Below, in pieces: positions 38,750 through 51,245 of a stretch of DNA of 64,000 nt. The DNA is from Orbicella franksi (lineage: Eukaryota): the NCBI GenBank assembly GCA_964199315.1, contig OZ116700.1:5394001-5458000 (forward strand), read 5' to 3'. Both the position numbers and the translations under genes were made by a program. The stretch's first letter is position 1. Each line of letters starts with the position of its first letter. The notes beneath the pieces were generated by a model. The model was not told where the DNA came from, made no database searches, and was given only the letters and a program-made list of their open reading frames with translations.

Positions 38750-39400
38750 AAGATAATAAGAAACAGCTGAATGAAATTCTTTTACCCTGTTGATTTTGCC
38801 TTCTCCGTTGCACCAAAAACAAAAGGATACTAAGATCTGTACAGGCATTGCTGATGTTCATCCGTAACATTAGCGAGGAAAGTTGACTTATTATGATCAC
38901 GCTTGCACAGAAGTAGAAAGCAAAGTCAAACGGTATATTTCCGAAGGACAAGACCACACAAACGGAAATATTCGTAACTCTAAACCACTCGGAAAAAATG
39001 CGTCTCTCGGGGAGTCTATAGAAGTCTTTTGACTTTCCCAGTAGCCACTTACCCAGTAGCCATGCAGACCTTAACTGCAGGCATCCCACTGAGATTTCTA
39101 GGATCTGTGATGGAGATTCTAAAGAGGCGACACGACTGAACTACACAACTTATTCCATTTCGAGTTCTTTGCGAGGCCGCAGAGACGAAATTAATCTGTT
39201 GAAAAATACACCCAGGATGAAAGATACGCGCCTCAAATCAATACGGATAATTGTTATACCGTGGCACAGAGGCCTGGAAGTAACACAAGATAGCCAACGT
39301 GCTAATATCATTGCAGAACTCTTGTTTACTTCTGCGATAAGATCGTTGCAAGATGTCCTTGAAAAAACAAACTCGGTGTTCAATTAGGTTCTCGCGATTA
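38750..39400 (-). pseudogene. Possible decayed intronless rhodopsin-class GPCR
   Basis: Collinear fragments resemble TM3/ICL2 (ARWLSCVTSRPL), TM6 (RVTNISVCVVLSFGNIPF) and TM7/H8 (NISNACTDLSILLFLVQRRR); frameshifted; weak. Confidence 0.25.
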
Positions 39401-40130
39401 AACCAAACAGGAATGTGGCTAGGCGTCGGTAGCGCAGAGAAGCTGACATATTTGAAGGCGAGGTCACAATAAACCTGCTCACTCATGCGATCAACGGCGG
39501 GAATTTCCGTCAACGACAAAGAATAAGTTGTCGCGGTGAAAGAAGCTCAAAGTTCAAAGTTGAAATAAACGGCAGTCTTTGAATCAGTTTTCATGCACAG
39601 AGAAGGTTTGCACGGGGAAAAAAGAAATCTGACAATTCGTAACGATCTAGAGGGGGCAGTGGAATGTTGTGTACTAAGAATTCACTGGACACCTAAATAA
39701 CACGGCCACATGGGCAAGAAAGGCACGCGAATCATAAATTCAGTCATGGCTTCATTCCGTACGGGGTTTTCTTGAAGTTATTGCGTGAGTTTTATCGCTA
39801 AGAAGTCGCGAATGGACAAACGTTACATGGATCCTTTCAACGAAAAGTAAACAGTATAAAAGACCTTTCCAAGCTATAACACAATGGACCTCACAATGCG
39901 TCACGGATAACTAGTACAACCGCTTTTATCGAACCACTCGTTTCCAGCATAGTACTTACTTACGATGTTCGTGATAAACTTAACGTGGTTGTTCCCAATA
40001 CTAGCTTCGATATTTTACACTGAGCAAAATGGGGGGGGGGGGGGGGTCACAGCTAATTAGAAATTTGGTAAGACATTGTGCATAAGGTTAATTTATTCCA
40101 GGAGCCCATTACGGCTCCTGTTTAAATATG

Positions 40131-40395
40131 TATACGAGGCAAGTGGCCCATCAGGCCGGTGATTATCCCGGTTTCAGTATCATGAAGCAACTGGGAGTAT
40201 TTCTACTCCCGCTTAGATGGGATGCTGGTACATCACAGGGTTACCCCCAGCATTAAATTCACCGGTACCCATTTATACACCTGGGTGGAGAGTAAAGTGT
40301 CTTGCCCACGAACACAACACAATGTCCCCGGCCAGGGCTTAAACCCGGACCCCTCGATCCGGAGACGAGCGCATTAACCATGAGGCCACCGCGCA
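40131..40395 (-). mobile_element. Near full-length tRNA-derived SINE (resembles cnidarian Nin/DeuSINE-type families)
   Basis: A box TGGCCTCATGG (40378-40388), B-box-like GGTTTAAGCCC (40335-40345); body shared with copies at 513, 13330 and 30931. Confidence 0.85.
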
Positions 40396-40854
40396 TCCAC
40401 AAGACCTTGTGCTTAGAGTAACAACAAGTTTTTAAATTTGAACGCGAATGCGTTCTATGGTAAAATATTAACCCTATTCGAACTAAACAGCTAACGTTGT
40501 AGGTCTTATCATTTAAAAACTTATTTCAAGCACTGCATTGTTAAGCGTCCGTAAAACTGAAACCAATGGTTCATTTCAGACGAGTGATGCTGAATTTTAT
40601 CTTCAAATAATAATGTGCAAAACTACGGCGGGGTTGGTCAGTGTTTCTCGCCTGCGAAGATTTTTGCAAAAATTGTAACAACCAAGTGTGCTCCGATCCA
40701 GTTGAGATCGACAACAATTATTGGCGTCCGAACCCAACTTCTTTACCGTAATGAAGGTCACTACAGTACTCTCTCCCTGGCTGTTTTTGAATGGTACCTT
40801 AAAGGGGTCAATTAAGCAGCACCCGGATTGGTCTCATTAAAAATATTCCTAAGA

Positions 40855-41390
40855 GCATCCCTGTCCCATGGTTGTAGCCGCTATTGATTACATCCCGTCC
40901 CATGGTTTCACCCCCCGGTAATTACCTTCCGTCCAATGGATGTACCCCCGGTGATTACGAACCCTCCAATGGGTGCAACTACCAGTGATTAAGTCCGGTA
41001 CAAGGTGTAACCCCCCGGTGATTATGTTCCGCCCAATGGGTGTACCCCGGTGAAAAGACCCCATTCCGTGGGTGTATCCCCCGGTGATTACCTCCCGTCC
41101 AATGGATGTACCCCGGTGATTAAGTACCGTCCAATGGGTGGAACTTCCGGTAATTAAGACCGTTACAATGGCTAACCCCCCGGTGATTATGTTCAATCCA
41201 ATGGGTGTACCTCCCGGTGATTTCGTTCTGTCCCATGCTTCTACTGCCGGTGATAACATACCGTCCTGTGGGCGTACCCCCGGTGATAACATCTCGTCCT
41301 ATGGGTGTCTGACCCCCGGTGATAACATCCCGTCCTATTGGTGTGTCCACGGTGATAACATCCCGTCCCATGGGTGTACCCCTGGTACTT
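40855..41390. repeat. GC-rich minisatellite, unit about 33 bp (CCCCCGGTGATTACCTCCCGTCCAATGGGTGTA), about 16 copies
   Basis: GGTG-type anchors at 40917, 40950, 40984, 41017, 41049, 41083, 41115, 41149, 41182, 41216, 41249, 41282, 41318, 41351 and 41384 (spacing 32-36). Confidence 0.95.
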
Positions 41391-42768
41391 ACGTTTCACT
41401 ATGATTATTTGACGGCTCCAGATTGAAAGGAAGAGACCTAAACATTCATTAAACGTTGAGACGGTTATTCTCTTTAACAAAACACTGGCTTTAATTACGC
41501 TCGGCTGGTTAATAAGATAAAAGATTAAAAGAATTCTCATCAAGGAAATCCTTGTTTATTCTGTGATAAGAGATTATTTACCCGCCAAATAATTGAGGTC
41601 ATTATTAGGTATATATTACGACTTCAGTGTTATTACAAGCCATTTGGCCAGCCATTCCTTAGCTTCTTGTAAGAATTCACTTATGTCTTCCATAATCACA
41701 GCTAACGGATGGCCGAAAATCCGGCCGCTTCCAACTGACTTTCGTAGTAGTTACTTTACACGAATGAGAGCACTGTTGAGTTTTCACTTCAATAAAACTT
41801 AATGCTCTGTCCAAGCAGTTCTCTTTAATTTTCTTCAAGGATCGAACAAGATAGGAGGAGAAAAAGGAAAGCCATGTGGCCATGTTGTACTCTCACACTT
41901 TTCGCTTTCATGAGGGAAATATTTAGACATTGCACAACGTTTCATTCATGTCACGTGTCTTGCAATAACGACAAGCTGCATTATCAACGAGGCCGATTTA
42001 ATATTTTGAATAATGATTCTCTACTGCTGCCATTGCATATTGCAACAAAAGTTGTTTTGAGGTCGTCGTATAAAAATCTGATACGAATATCATGAGCCCG
42101 ATAAAATCCTAAATGCATGCAGGCCTTTTTAGAATGTATTCGGGTTATGTAGCTATTGTAGACCTTAACACCTCAATAGAGACTGGAACTTCGATAAGCT
42201 GACGTGACAACTTCGGCGTACTCGCGAGTGCTCATGTAACATCCTTATTGGCTGACAAAAGCCGAAAAATCTCGAGGATTTTAACGAGAATTAACGGCAA
42301 CGCAGACTGCCTCGTGCACTGAGAAGGCTTAGAGAGACAAATTAATTTACATAAATTAAGGACAATTAGTAAGATTGACTACTTTACTCCACCTTACCTT
42401 CATTGTTGTTCACGGTTTCCGTCACCTACTTTTTGATACTTTTAGTTTTCAATCAAGTGAAAATCTACAACACAAAGAAAACAAACAAAAGTGAGAACTC
42501 TTGAAATTATCGATTATGTGTATGAAATAACAGGCTCAATGGTTGACTCCATGGTTTGGTGATATGTTTCAGCGAAATGACTCGCTGAAAGAGACATAGT
42601 CATTTTTGAGCATGATTTTGGGAAGCTAAAGAAACACCCCTAGATCATCAGAAATACAACATTTTGTAGATTGAGTTCTCAAGATATGACCGAAATTGAA
42701 AGTGAGGACGGCTAACAAGAGCGAGTCTGCAAACGAGTCAGTTGTAATAAGGAAAAACTCTACAGGTA

Positions 42769-43458
42769 AGGGGTGGACAATTAATTTGACCTTTGATGTG
42801 GGCTGGGTGATTTTGAAAAAATTATCCTGTAAGCATAGTTGTACCAAAAAAAAAACTCATGCACACCGTGAAAAAAATTTCACGTAAGTTAACTAAGTAA
42901 GACTTTATTAAAGTGACTGACTCTTAGCTACATAGAAAGGGACTTTATAGGTCTAGTCACAACATAAATAAGAAATAAAACAAACCACAATGACTTAAAT
43001 TAAAAATGCATAATTACTGTTAAAATCGAAACAATATAAAATACATATATGCAAATAGTTTGTTCGAACTTCTTCTAGGTGCAGCGGCTGGCTAGGTCTA
43101 CCTTAAGTTCACTTTTCTTGAACAATTTATAGTTACTTATTTGCCTGTATCCATTTGGTAGTGCGTTTCAAAGCCTGGCCCCTTGATATCTTATCGATTG
43201 TAATCCATACTTGACTGTATTTGCTTTCGGCAATGTCAGAATTGCATCTCGTCGTAGATTATAATGACTTTCTTTTACTTTTAAGTTCATTAAGCCCAGG
43301 AAAAAAAAAGCATTAAAAAATCATGTTGTAAGGAGAAAAAAATATCACGCATACACACATCCAAGGAAAAAAATTCCTAGTGCATGAAAAGGTAGAAAAA
43401 AAATCGTGCCTATACCAAATCATCCACACACCTCTCAAAAGTCAAATGGTCCACCACC
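42769..43458. mobile_element. MITE-like element split by the LINE tail
   Basis: Imperfect TIRs AGGGGTGGACAATT...TTTGA and TCAAAAGTCAAATGGTCCACCACC. Confidence 0.5.
42885..43295 (-). mobile_element. 3' end of an L2/CR1-group LINE
   Basis: Minus-strand translation YNLRRDAILTLPKANTVKYGLQSIRYQGARL*NALP parallels the C-terminus at 31596-31904; AATAAA at 42904-42909. Confidence 0.7.
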
Positions 43459-46449
43459 ATAAAACACGACAATCACGTTAAATTTCTTTTAAATTGTACC
43501 AATATTTTGTTACATTATTTATATTCAAGGAGACCGTGGAAATGACCCTTCAATAGCTATGTCTAATTGGATTTCTATGCATCTCGGTAATAAAGGTTGC
43601 ATCTGTTTTCCGATATTTTATTAGGTCAAGGGCAGTACGGCGAGGCGTTCCATGGAGTTTTCAATATTGCTGGAACGCACGCGATTTCGCGTGGCTTCTG
43701 GCACGCTCGCACGAGCCTCTATCCATCCGCGCGCATCGCGGCTGCTGTCTCTTCCCCACTCCTTTGCAACGAAGATAAACTGCATAGCCACGTTGATGAA
43801 ATGACAACTGGAATGAAACCGATCAAGGTTGCTGGCTAAATTGAAATCAGAGGTGTTTCCTGGTACAACTAGTTGCATTCTAGAGGAAGAAAGAGTCAGA
43901 TAACTTCTACTGGGGTAAAATTTTCTGAAAGAGATCTGAACCTGACGCGAGTGTATGAGTCTTCACATTACTAGTCGAGTTCTGTTCAGGCAGTCAGTCG
44001 GTTGACTTTCTATGTTCCGAGCTTTTCAAGTCTACGTTACTTAGGAAGACAGTAAGATTCCTTCCACCCTCTCTACCCCACTCCACCAACAAGCCTCGCC
44101 TATTAACTTCTTGTACGCCCTCTCTCTACACTTGCTAACGTGATAGATCACGACCTAACATAAGCAGAAAAAGAACCATCACTCTGAGGTAGTTCTACTT
44201 TTGAGAGTCTGTCGAACAGTTACAGGGTTACTGTACTTTTTTTTTTTTTACAATGTGAACAAGTTACTTTGAGACTTAGACTTTTCACAGCCCTTTATTT
44301 TCTCGTATTTTCATTCGATCATTGAACGCGCGGATAGAATCGCGAAAGAACTGGACGCCAGCGCAAAACGTGAGACTTAACGGGGTAGGGGTTGGGGAAA
44401 GGGAACGAGGTCTCCCTTCCCTTACCTACCCTCTTCTCTAATTAAGCCCCCTCCAAAGGTATTGAAAAGGAATCGTCCGGGGAGAAGGCTCAATAGATCT
44501 TTAACTGTCCTTCGTGTAAAACGGAAATATTTGTAACAAATACTGTCCTTTATACATCCACACCCAAGCCCTTTGAGTAACAACCTCAGGGGAGTGTCTT
44601 TTGAAGTATAAATTGAAGGCTTTCCAGGTTTAACAATTAGTCAGTTTAAAACAGTTTGCCAACATTTTGATAGTTAAAAAAAAAAAACAGGCCGAGCTTT
44701 TCTTTTTCAACAAAAAAATAAAAATCAACACCTTTATCGAAATATAAACTAGACTTTATGGAGCTGTTAAGGCAACATGACCTCTGATTGACAAACCACA
44801 TTGATTTCTACATTTTCGCGAAAATACTTTGAATCCTTTATGAATTATCTTCGAATTAGGTCCGGTACTTAAGCGCTAAGCCGATTATGCAGCAAACAAT
44901 TACCAGACACTTATCAGTAATAACCAAGGCACCTTGGTATTAACACTGACCGCAGAGGGCAGAAAGCGCGCGACGGAACAAGACGCGACGAGGCAAGCTT
45001 TTCTCCGTTCATTAAGATTTTTTCCCTTCTTAAGGAGCAATCTGTGATTACTTTAAGGCTCGTTGACATTTAAGGCCTTTTAACGAATTTCAAGTGTTGT
45101 TCTTTGCGTGGACAATTCTCTAATTCATTTGTAGTTTTTCCTAGAAACTAAATGTTGTTGCTGTTGGTTACATAAACCCACCAAAGGAATCGAAGGGCCT
45201 CGCTTGTCGGACTTCCCTCAGCATTCCAGGAAAAACAAAAACAACCATCACTCGGAGATATTTCAAGCATTTTTTGATCGTTCTTAATGACAGTTTGCCG
45301 TGACTTCAATTGAAAGATGTTAGCTAGAGGTTACAAGGGTGCAAAAAGAAACATTCTTTTACAGAGAAAAAAAACCCATTCTTTTACAGAATTATTAACA
45401 TTTAAGGCCTCTAGTCTCCGAAGTAAAACTGAGCGAAAGACATTCGGATAGAGATAAAATATTATAGCTGTAGAATTCAGAGCGTGGTTTCCACGCCCAG
45501 AAATCTACCACAACTTGTCAAATTGACCGTGCGTAAACCTAACAAATGGCTTCGAAATATATCTTTCCGTTCTTTTCTGCCCTTTCAAACAATAGTATTT
45601 TCAGGCTTAAACCCTGTTACATAAACTTAAACAGAATCTCCTAAAATAGTATTACCAAAATATTTTAACTTTAGCTTGACCAGCTTCAGCCATCGGGTTC
45701 TAATGCACTTTCAGAACATGTTTTAAGTCTATCAACCACAGGCCCAGCCTTAACTATATAACAGCTGAATGTGCTGGATTTTTTTAGTCAGTTATTTTTC
45801 GCGCATCAACGGGTGTGAATTTTTGTGGGTTTACCTACGTCAGATTCAACATTTTTTCCCATACGCAAGTCGTTTATATATATAGAATATTATATACACA
45901 CGTAAATCCAGTTAACTTCACGTCCGTTGTAATATTGGAAATCCTACTTTGAGAAGGAACTGATAATCGGAGAATGTTCATGCTAAGAATGTTGAAAAAA
46001 TCCTACTTTACGTACCGTACACAGCAAATCCAGCCGATCACGTTTTCTTCTAACTTAAGATCACTTTCTGTACGACTAACCACTTTTCAGTCTAAACCAT
46101 AGTATATCCGGCAGCGACGCGACGGTATTGCAAAGTGTAGGCAAAGTGATTCTTTAATATCACCTGGTCATGTGATATCAAATATCACGTGACAGACGGG
46201 TGAAGCATACTCAGTCAGCACAGCAAAGTATTTGTGTGTTTAGCTTTGTTATTCGTTGAGTGCCACTTAATTAAGGGCCCCAGCTTAATTTAATATCAAA
46301 GTCCTTGGTTTTCAAAATCGAGAGTGTATCACTAAACGCAACACATAACTGAATTTGCCCCAGCTAAAACTAAGGAATATCCGAGTGATAATCCCCAATT
46401 TTTAAAACTGCGTTGTTGAGAAAAATATTTGAAGAATATTAAACACAAT

Positions 46450-46600
46450 AGCCTCCATTTAGCGCGAAAATAAGCTCGAATATTTGTCCTTGGACATTAT
46501 CTGTTCCTCCAAGCTCACACTTTTCCTCGAGCTTCGCTTTCGGAAAACCTTTCGCTTCTCGGAACAGATAATGTCCAAGGACAAATATCCGAGCACAGTT
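46450..46600. repeat. Hairpin-containing interspersed repeat
   Basis: TATTTGTCCTTGGACATTATCTGTTCC and its reverse complement about 80 nt downstream. Confidence 0.75.
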
Positions 46601-47011
46601 TTGGGTTTGGGGTTTTATCAACTGAACCAAAGGTCTGGAACACAGAACTTCACTGAAGACTTGACTTTGCTAGTGAAAGGGTCAAATGCAGCTGTTTTGA
46701 GAAAGTTGTGCTACAACGGCGTATAAACGTTCGCGACCGTGAATGTCGAAAGGACTTATGGGTAATGGTGGTTTACGGTTGTGGCTTGATTGAAGCTTAA
46801 CAGAAGGTGTAACAGCTTGATAGAAGAAAACAGCACAAACACGTGTACTCATGTTGGCTTGCTCTTCAATTCTTTCTTGCTGAAACACCGTGAACCTCAA
46901 CCAAGCAATGATAAACTGTCACTACCCAATCATTGTAAGTTTCAAAACGTAAACGAGCAACCAGCGTGTGTCCTGCAGTGTTCCGCTAATTAGTAGCATT
47001 TAATTTGCGCA

Positions 47012-47335
47012 CGGTCGAACCTCCACCAACGGCCATCTCCAAACAACTGCCACCTCTCTACAACGGCTAGCTAATCAACGACTGACGAACGGTGTGTACA
47101 AAACCCAACTTCTTTTATTGTAAAAGGCCTCCAAACTTGATCCGTACCTCGCGCCGTGGGCCTCTGTTTCCGTTAAGATTCTGTTTCATTGATACATTTT
47201 GATTTATATATGCTGCAATAACAAATCGATGTTGTAATCCCCCAAAAAACAGGTTTCCTATTACACCGCCACCTTCCTATAACGGCCACCTCTCTACACC
47301 GGCCACTTTCCTCTGTCCTCTCTAAGGTTCGACTG
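47012..47335. mobile_element. MITE with CAGTCGAACC-type TIRs (Tc1/pogo-like)
   Basis: CGGTCGAACCT / AGGTTCGACTG followed by TA; internal ACGGCCACCTCTCTACA repeats. Confidence 0.7.
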
Positions 47336-47521
47336 TATTAATTACAAGTGTCAATGTGAAAATTTGGCCATGATTGGCCAGTTCGGTGCAAGTGATAGAA
47401 TTATATCTTCGTAGTGGTAAAAAAAGGACAATCAGTGGAAGAACAACAAACAGCTTGGGTTATACTGAATATAATGTTTAGGGGTGCTCAACAATGCTTT
47501 GATCATGAAGCCACTGCGGAA

Positions 47522-47792
47522 TAGGGCGGTTTTCATTTGAGTGTCGAGAAGTAATTGGTTTTGCATCACTACGCTACGCGATTGGCTTAAAAAACTCGCG
47601 CCAATTTTTCGTTCAGTCAAAAGTAAAACCAAAACCAATCACGAATCGTTCGCAGACGTTTTCCCGCTCTTCCCGTTAGCTACATGTAATTACTTCGAGT
47701 TTTGATTGGCTTACTGTATTGCCCGTGTCCTTCGCGATTGGCTAGAGCGATTACTTTGGTTTTTCTTACGAAACGCAACTAAAAATCGCCCA
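47522..47792. mobile_element. MITE (TAGGGCGGTTTTCA...AAAAATCGCCCA)
   Basis: Imperfect TIRs; multiple internal GATTGG motifs. Confidence 0.65.
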
Positions 47793-47854
47793 AGCCAATA
47801 AGGAATTATTTATATACCCTTACCCTTGATATGACGAGTATGAGATGATGCAAT

Positions 47855-48218
47855 ATGGGCTATATAGGTATGTGCGGCCCCAAAGGGAATGGCTTTTGAG
47901 CGGTTTTGGTCAGAAATAGAGTACGGTTTTTACACTCTTGTCTTTAATTTGGGATGTCTTTTAGTAGAGGCTATCCTACTTAATACAGGAAGCACATAAA
48001 CATTGCCTTTAATATTGGTCTGAACTAGGGAACTAATAATTAGTTCCGTAATTATGAGACAATTCTGAAACAGGGTATTGATTTAAGGGTATCGAATTTT
48101 TGATCGGGTCATAAATAGGGAAGTAAAAATCGCAGATTTTGGTCTTACATAGGGTAAGGCTTTTGGGAAGTGGTCCGCACACCCCCCACCCAAGTTTTCT
48201 GGGAGTATACCCCCCGGG
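47855..48218. mobile_element. Truncated second copy of the CCCGGG-terminus MITE family (inverted)
   Basis: Reverse complement of about 48080-48218 aligns by eye to 5856-6000. Confidence 0.6.
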
Positions 48219-50587
48219 AGTTTCGCTCTTATTGAAGTCTGTACTCGTTGCGTTCGGAACTGATCTGGTCTGTCATGACATATCCACGATGATTTGTTCG
48301 ATAACGAAACAAGAACCAAGCAAAAAGACGCTCCGCATTAGGGTTATGAAACTGAAAAACTCGATATCCTGTATGATACTATTTTAGAATATTAAATTCT
48401 CTGTCACTGAACTGAAGCTAACTGAAATAGAAAACTTGATCTGAGAATATCGCAAAATCTTCAAGAAATCGATCTTGAAAGTAATTAGTATGTTAAGTGA
48501 CATGAAAACTAAATTCTAGAAGAATTAGCAGCGTCCTTAAGATATTATTTTTTCTTTTTATAAATAAAGACTTATCTGCGTGATCCTCGGTTTACAGAAC
48601 AGGAAATGCACCAGCCCTACCCAGACTGTAAATGAAATGAACCTATCAATATCATTTAATCTCTGTTACAGAACCCGCGCACATCAAGCTGAACCTCATC
48701 CATCAACTAAGCCATTTAAAAGCGATTGGCTCCTCTCTGATTATTCGACAGATGTGTTCCTTGAATGATAAACCCCTCTGAGAATTTTATCAACGGCGAC
48801 CAGAATAATCTTTCAAACAAGGCGCTCTATGTTTCATTTACTCAGGAGCGGGAGTCTTAATCCACGCAACTGCGGTAAATGCATCCGCAACTGAGATTCA
48901 ACTTAATTATGGTCGACTGTGAATACTTTGTTTGCTCGCTCGCTTCGTTCACAAACCCGCGAGGAGCCGTGATCCAGATTGTTACGTCTGACCGCTTCGT
49001 CCTAATATGGTTCATATCCTGAGTGGGTAATGTAAGGCGTTTCTTTTTCATATCGCAAAGATAAGAAACTGAAAAGCAACTAGACCTCTTCAGAATCACT
49101 TGAAAACTTAAGATGTTCGCGTTTTGTAAACAAAAGGGACAATTTGTTTGCATTTTGCGAATTTTAGAATAATCTTCATTTCTATTAATACACTCGAAGA
49201 AGTAAAACCTGTGCTTTTTGACTCGTCAGCGAGAAACGGATCGAGTTCTCTCTTGTGTTGTTGCAAGAGGAAACAATGACGGATGGTTTTCGTCTAGAGA
49301 AGGCAAGAGCTCTTCTCAGTATTGACAGTACTAACGGGCTTTCACGAGCTAGCACAAGCAGCCCGCAAAGTTTATATGGCTACCGACATCGGACGCTTAC
49401 TTGACATACTTGACAATATTTCGACGGCGCCTCCCAATAGGGAACAAGGGCAAATGACTTGAATTTGTCTAATAAATACAGCTGCACTTCAAGACACTCG
49501 AAAGTACTCTTCGAGTTAAAACAACAGCATTCCCTGTACCAAAATTATCGACTAGAAAGTTATTCCTCCCAAAGAAAACATCAATCACAACCTACCTTAG
49601 CCCTGAACGAATCAGTCTTTTAGAAAAGTTATCTTTCATCCGTGCAGTAAGAGACGATATCGCATGTTCTGACTGATATACGTCCTAAGTCGGGATGACT
49701 TCACTCCTCTCTCTCCCTCACACCAGGCAGCAAATGTAAATCAGCTGCCTTTCCGCCGATCAAATCGCTTTCTATGAAAGTAATTAAGACGGAACAAAAG
49801 CTGGTCGTCACTCGCACAGATCCTCGGCAAACAGTTTACTGTGGTATGCACAAACACACCAGGCGATAAGGCGACAACGCTTCGGAACCCGAAGTATTTG
49901 CTACACAAAAGAACTTTACACGTGTTTTTTGTCAATTAATTTTCATAATTGAAAATAGTAATAGAGCTCGTTCATTTGAGAGGCTCAATTACATCATTTA
50001 AAATCGACGGATTTTGGAAGGGGTGCAACTTTCTTTGACAAATATCACGGCGCCGTCTAGTCAGCATAAATTGAGCCGCTATCGACGAAAGTTTGTGGAA
50101 GCCAGCCAGTTTACCGCATCGTGTATCTTGAATGTTTTTTTCTAATAGCTTTAGTGATATGTAAGCACTCAAAATGTCTTGAATACTTTTCTGGATCTCT
50201 TCGATGAAGCAGTGTGTTTTTTCATGGCATATCAGTTTCACTTTTTTTATTTAGTCTATACACAGTACTGGAGACACTTCAAATACGCAACAAATGTGAA
50301 TAAGGTACAAGAACAAACACTTCTACACACAGGGGGTCTTGAGGCTGCTTAAGAGCAGAAAACAAAATGTTGATAGAATTATTTAGAGCACCTCTTGTAC
50401 ATTCGTCTGTATCTACACCTGCACTTTAGAAGCAACAACAATAAGACCAGAAACAGCAGGAGGGGAAGGGGAAGGAGAAGAAGGGGAAGAAGCTTAAACC
50501 AGAAGAACAAGCAAGAGATATTCCCATAGTCCTCTATGTGCTTTCTCTTCCCTAGTCTGCACTGAGTGCCATTACCCTGAAAATCTG

Positions 50588-50745
50588 CAGTGGCGGATCC
50601 AGATTTTGAGCTAAGACAGAGGGATGGGGGGCGCTTTTGTTTTACTTGCCCTGCCGGCTTTTCTTCCTTCAGTCATTTCTTCTTTTTCCACCCAAAACAG
50701 GGGGGGGGGGCGGGCCTCCCGGGCCCCTCCCTAGATCCGCCACTG
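50588..50745. mobile_element. Short MITE with CAGTGGCGGATC TIRs and 5-bp flanking duplication
   Basis: ATCTG|CAGTGGCGGATC...GATCCGCCACTG|ATCTG. Confidence 0.85.
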
Positions 50746-51245
50746 ATCTGCCCTGTAAGTTAGTGTCGTTTCTCCTCGCTTTTGAAGCCTGGAAACTCAA
50801 CTTGTAGTCTCAGAGGAACTTCGGAGGTTACTAATCTCTATACGAATTAGGACCTCTTTCATTCAGTAAGAGTTATTAACATTGAGAGGGCATGTAGTAT
50901 CGACCTTGTATTGTATTTAAACCAAGAGATTAATATTCGTAAGTTCGCAAAAATAAAAACAGCTGCAAGTATAAAATGAATCGTTTTACTATTCGGTGGC
51001 TATAGGGCAGAAAAATACAGCTTATGGCATCTTCAAAATGGAAATATGTTTTTTTTACAGTCCATTAACGATGAAAATCTCAGGTCCAAGAACTCATTAC
51101 ATTGTTCTTGTTCATCAGTGTAAGATTCACACAATTCAAAATTACCGCTATCTGACGATAATGGAACTATAATTTTAACCTAGTTCTTAGGGTCCCACTC
51201 GCTCACTTGCTGCATTGCGATCTGGGTACAAGTTTGTGGTTCTTA

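Noticed and set aside
513-40395. All four SINE copies share the minus orientation
   Set aside because: Four copies are too few to distinguish from chance
40855-41390. Repeat array as CRISPR or as a coding 11-aa repeat protein
   Set aside because: Units are contiguous and degenerate with no unique spacers, the context is eukaryotic with no cas genes, and non-triplet unit lengths break every frame
43597-43839. LGQGQYGEAFHG resembles a kinase glycine-rich loop with an acceptor in front
   Set aside because: No VAxK lysine, no donor and no further kinase exons nearby; likely chance
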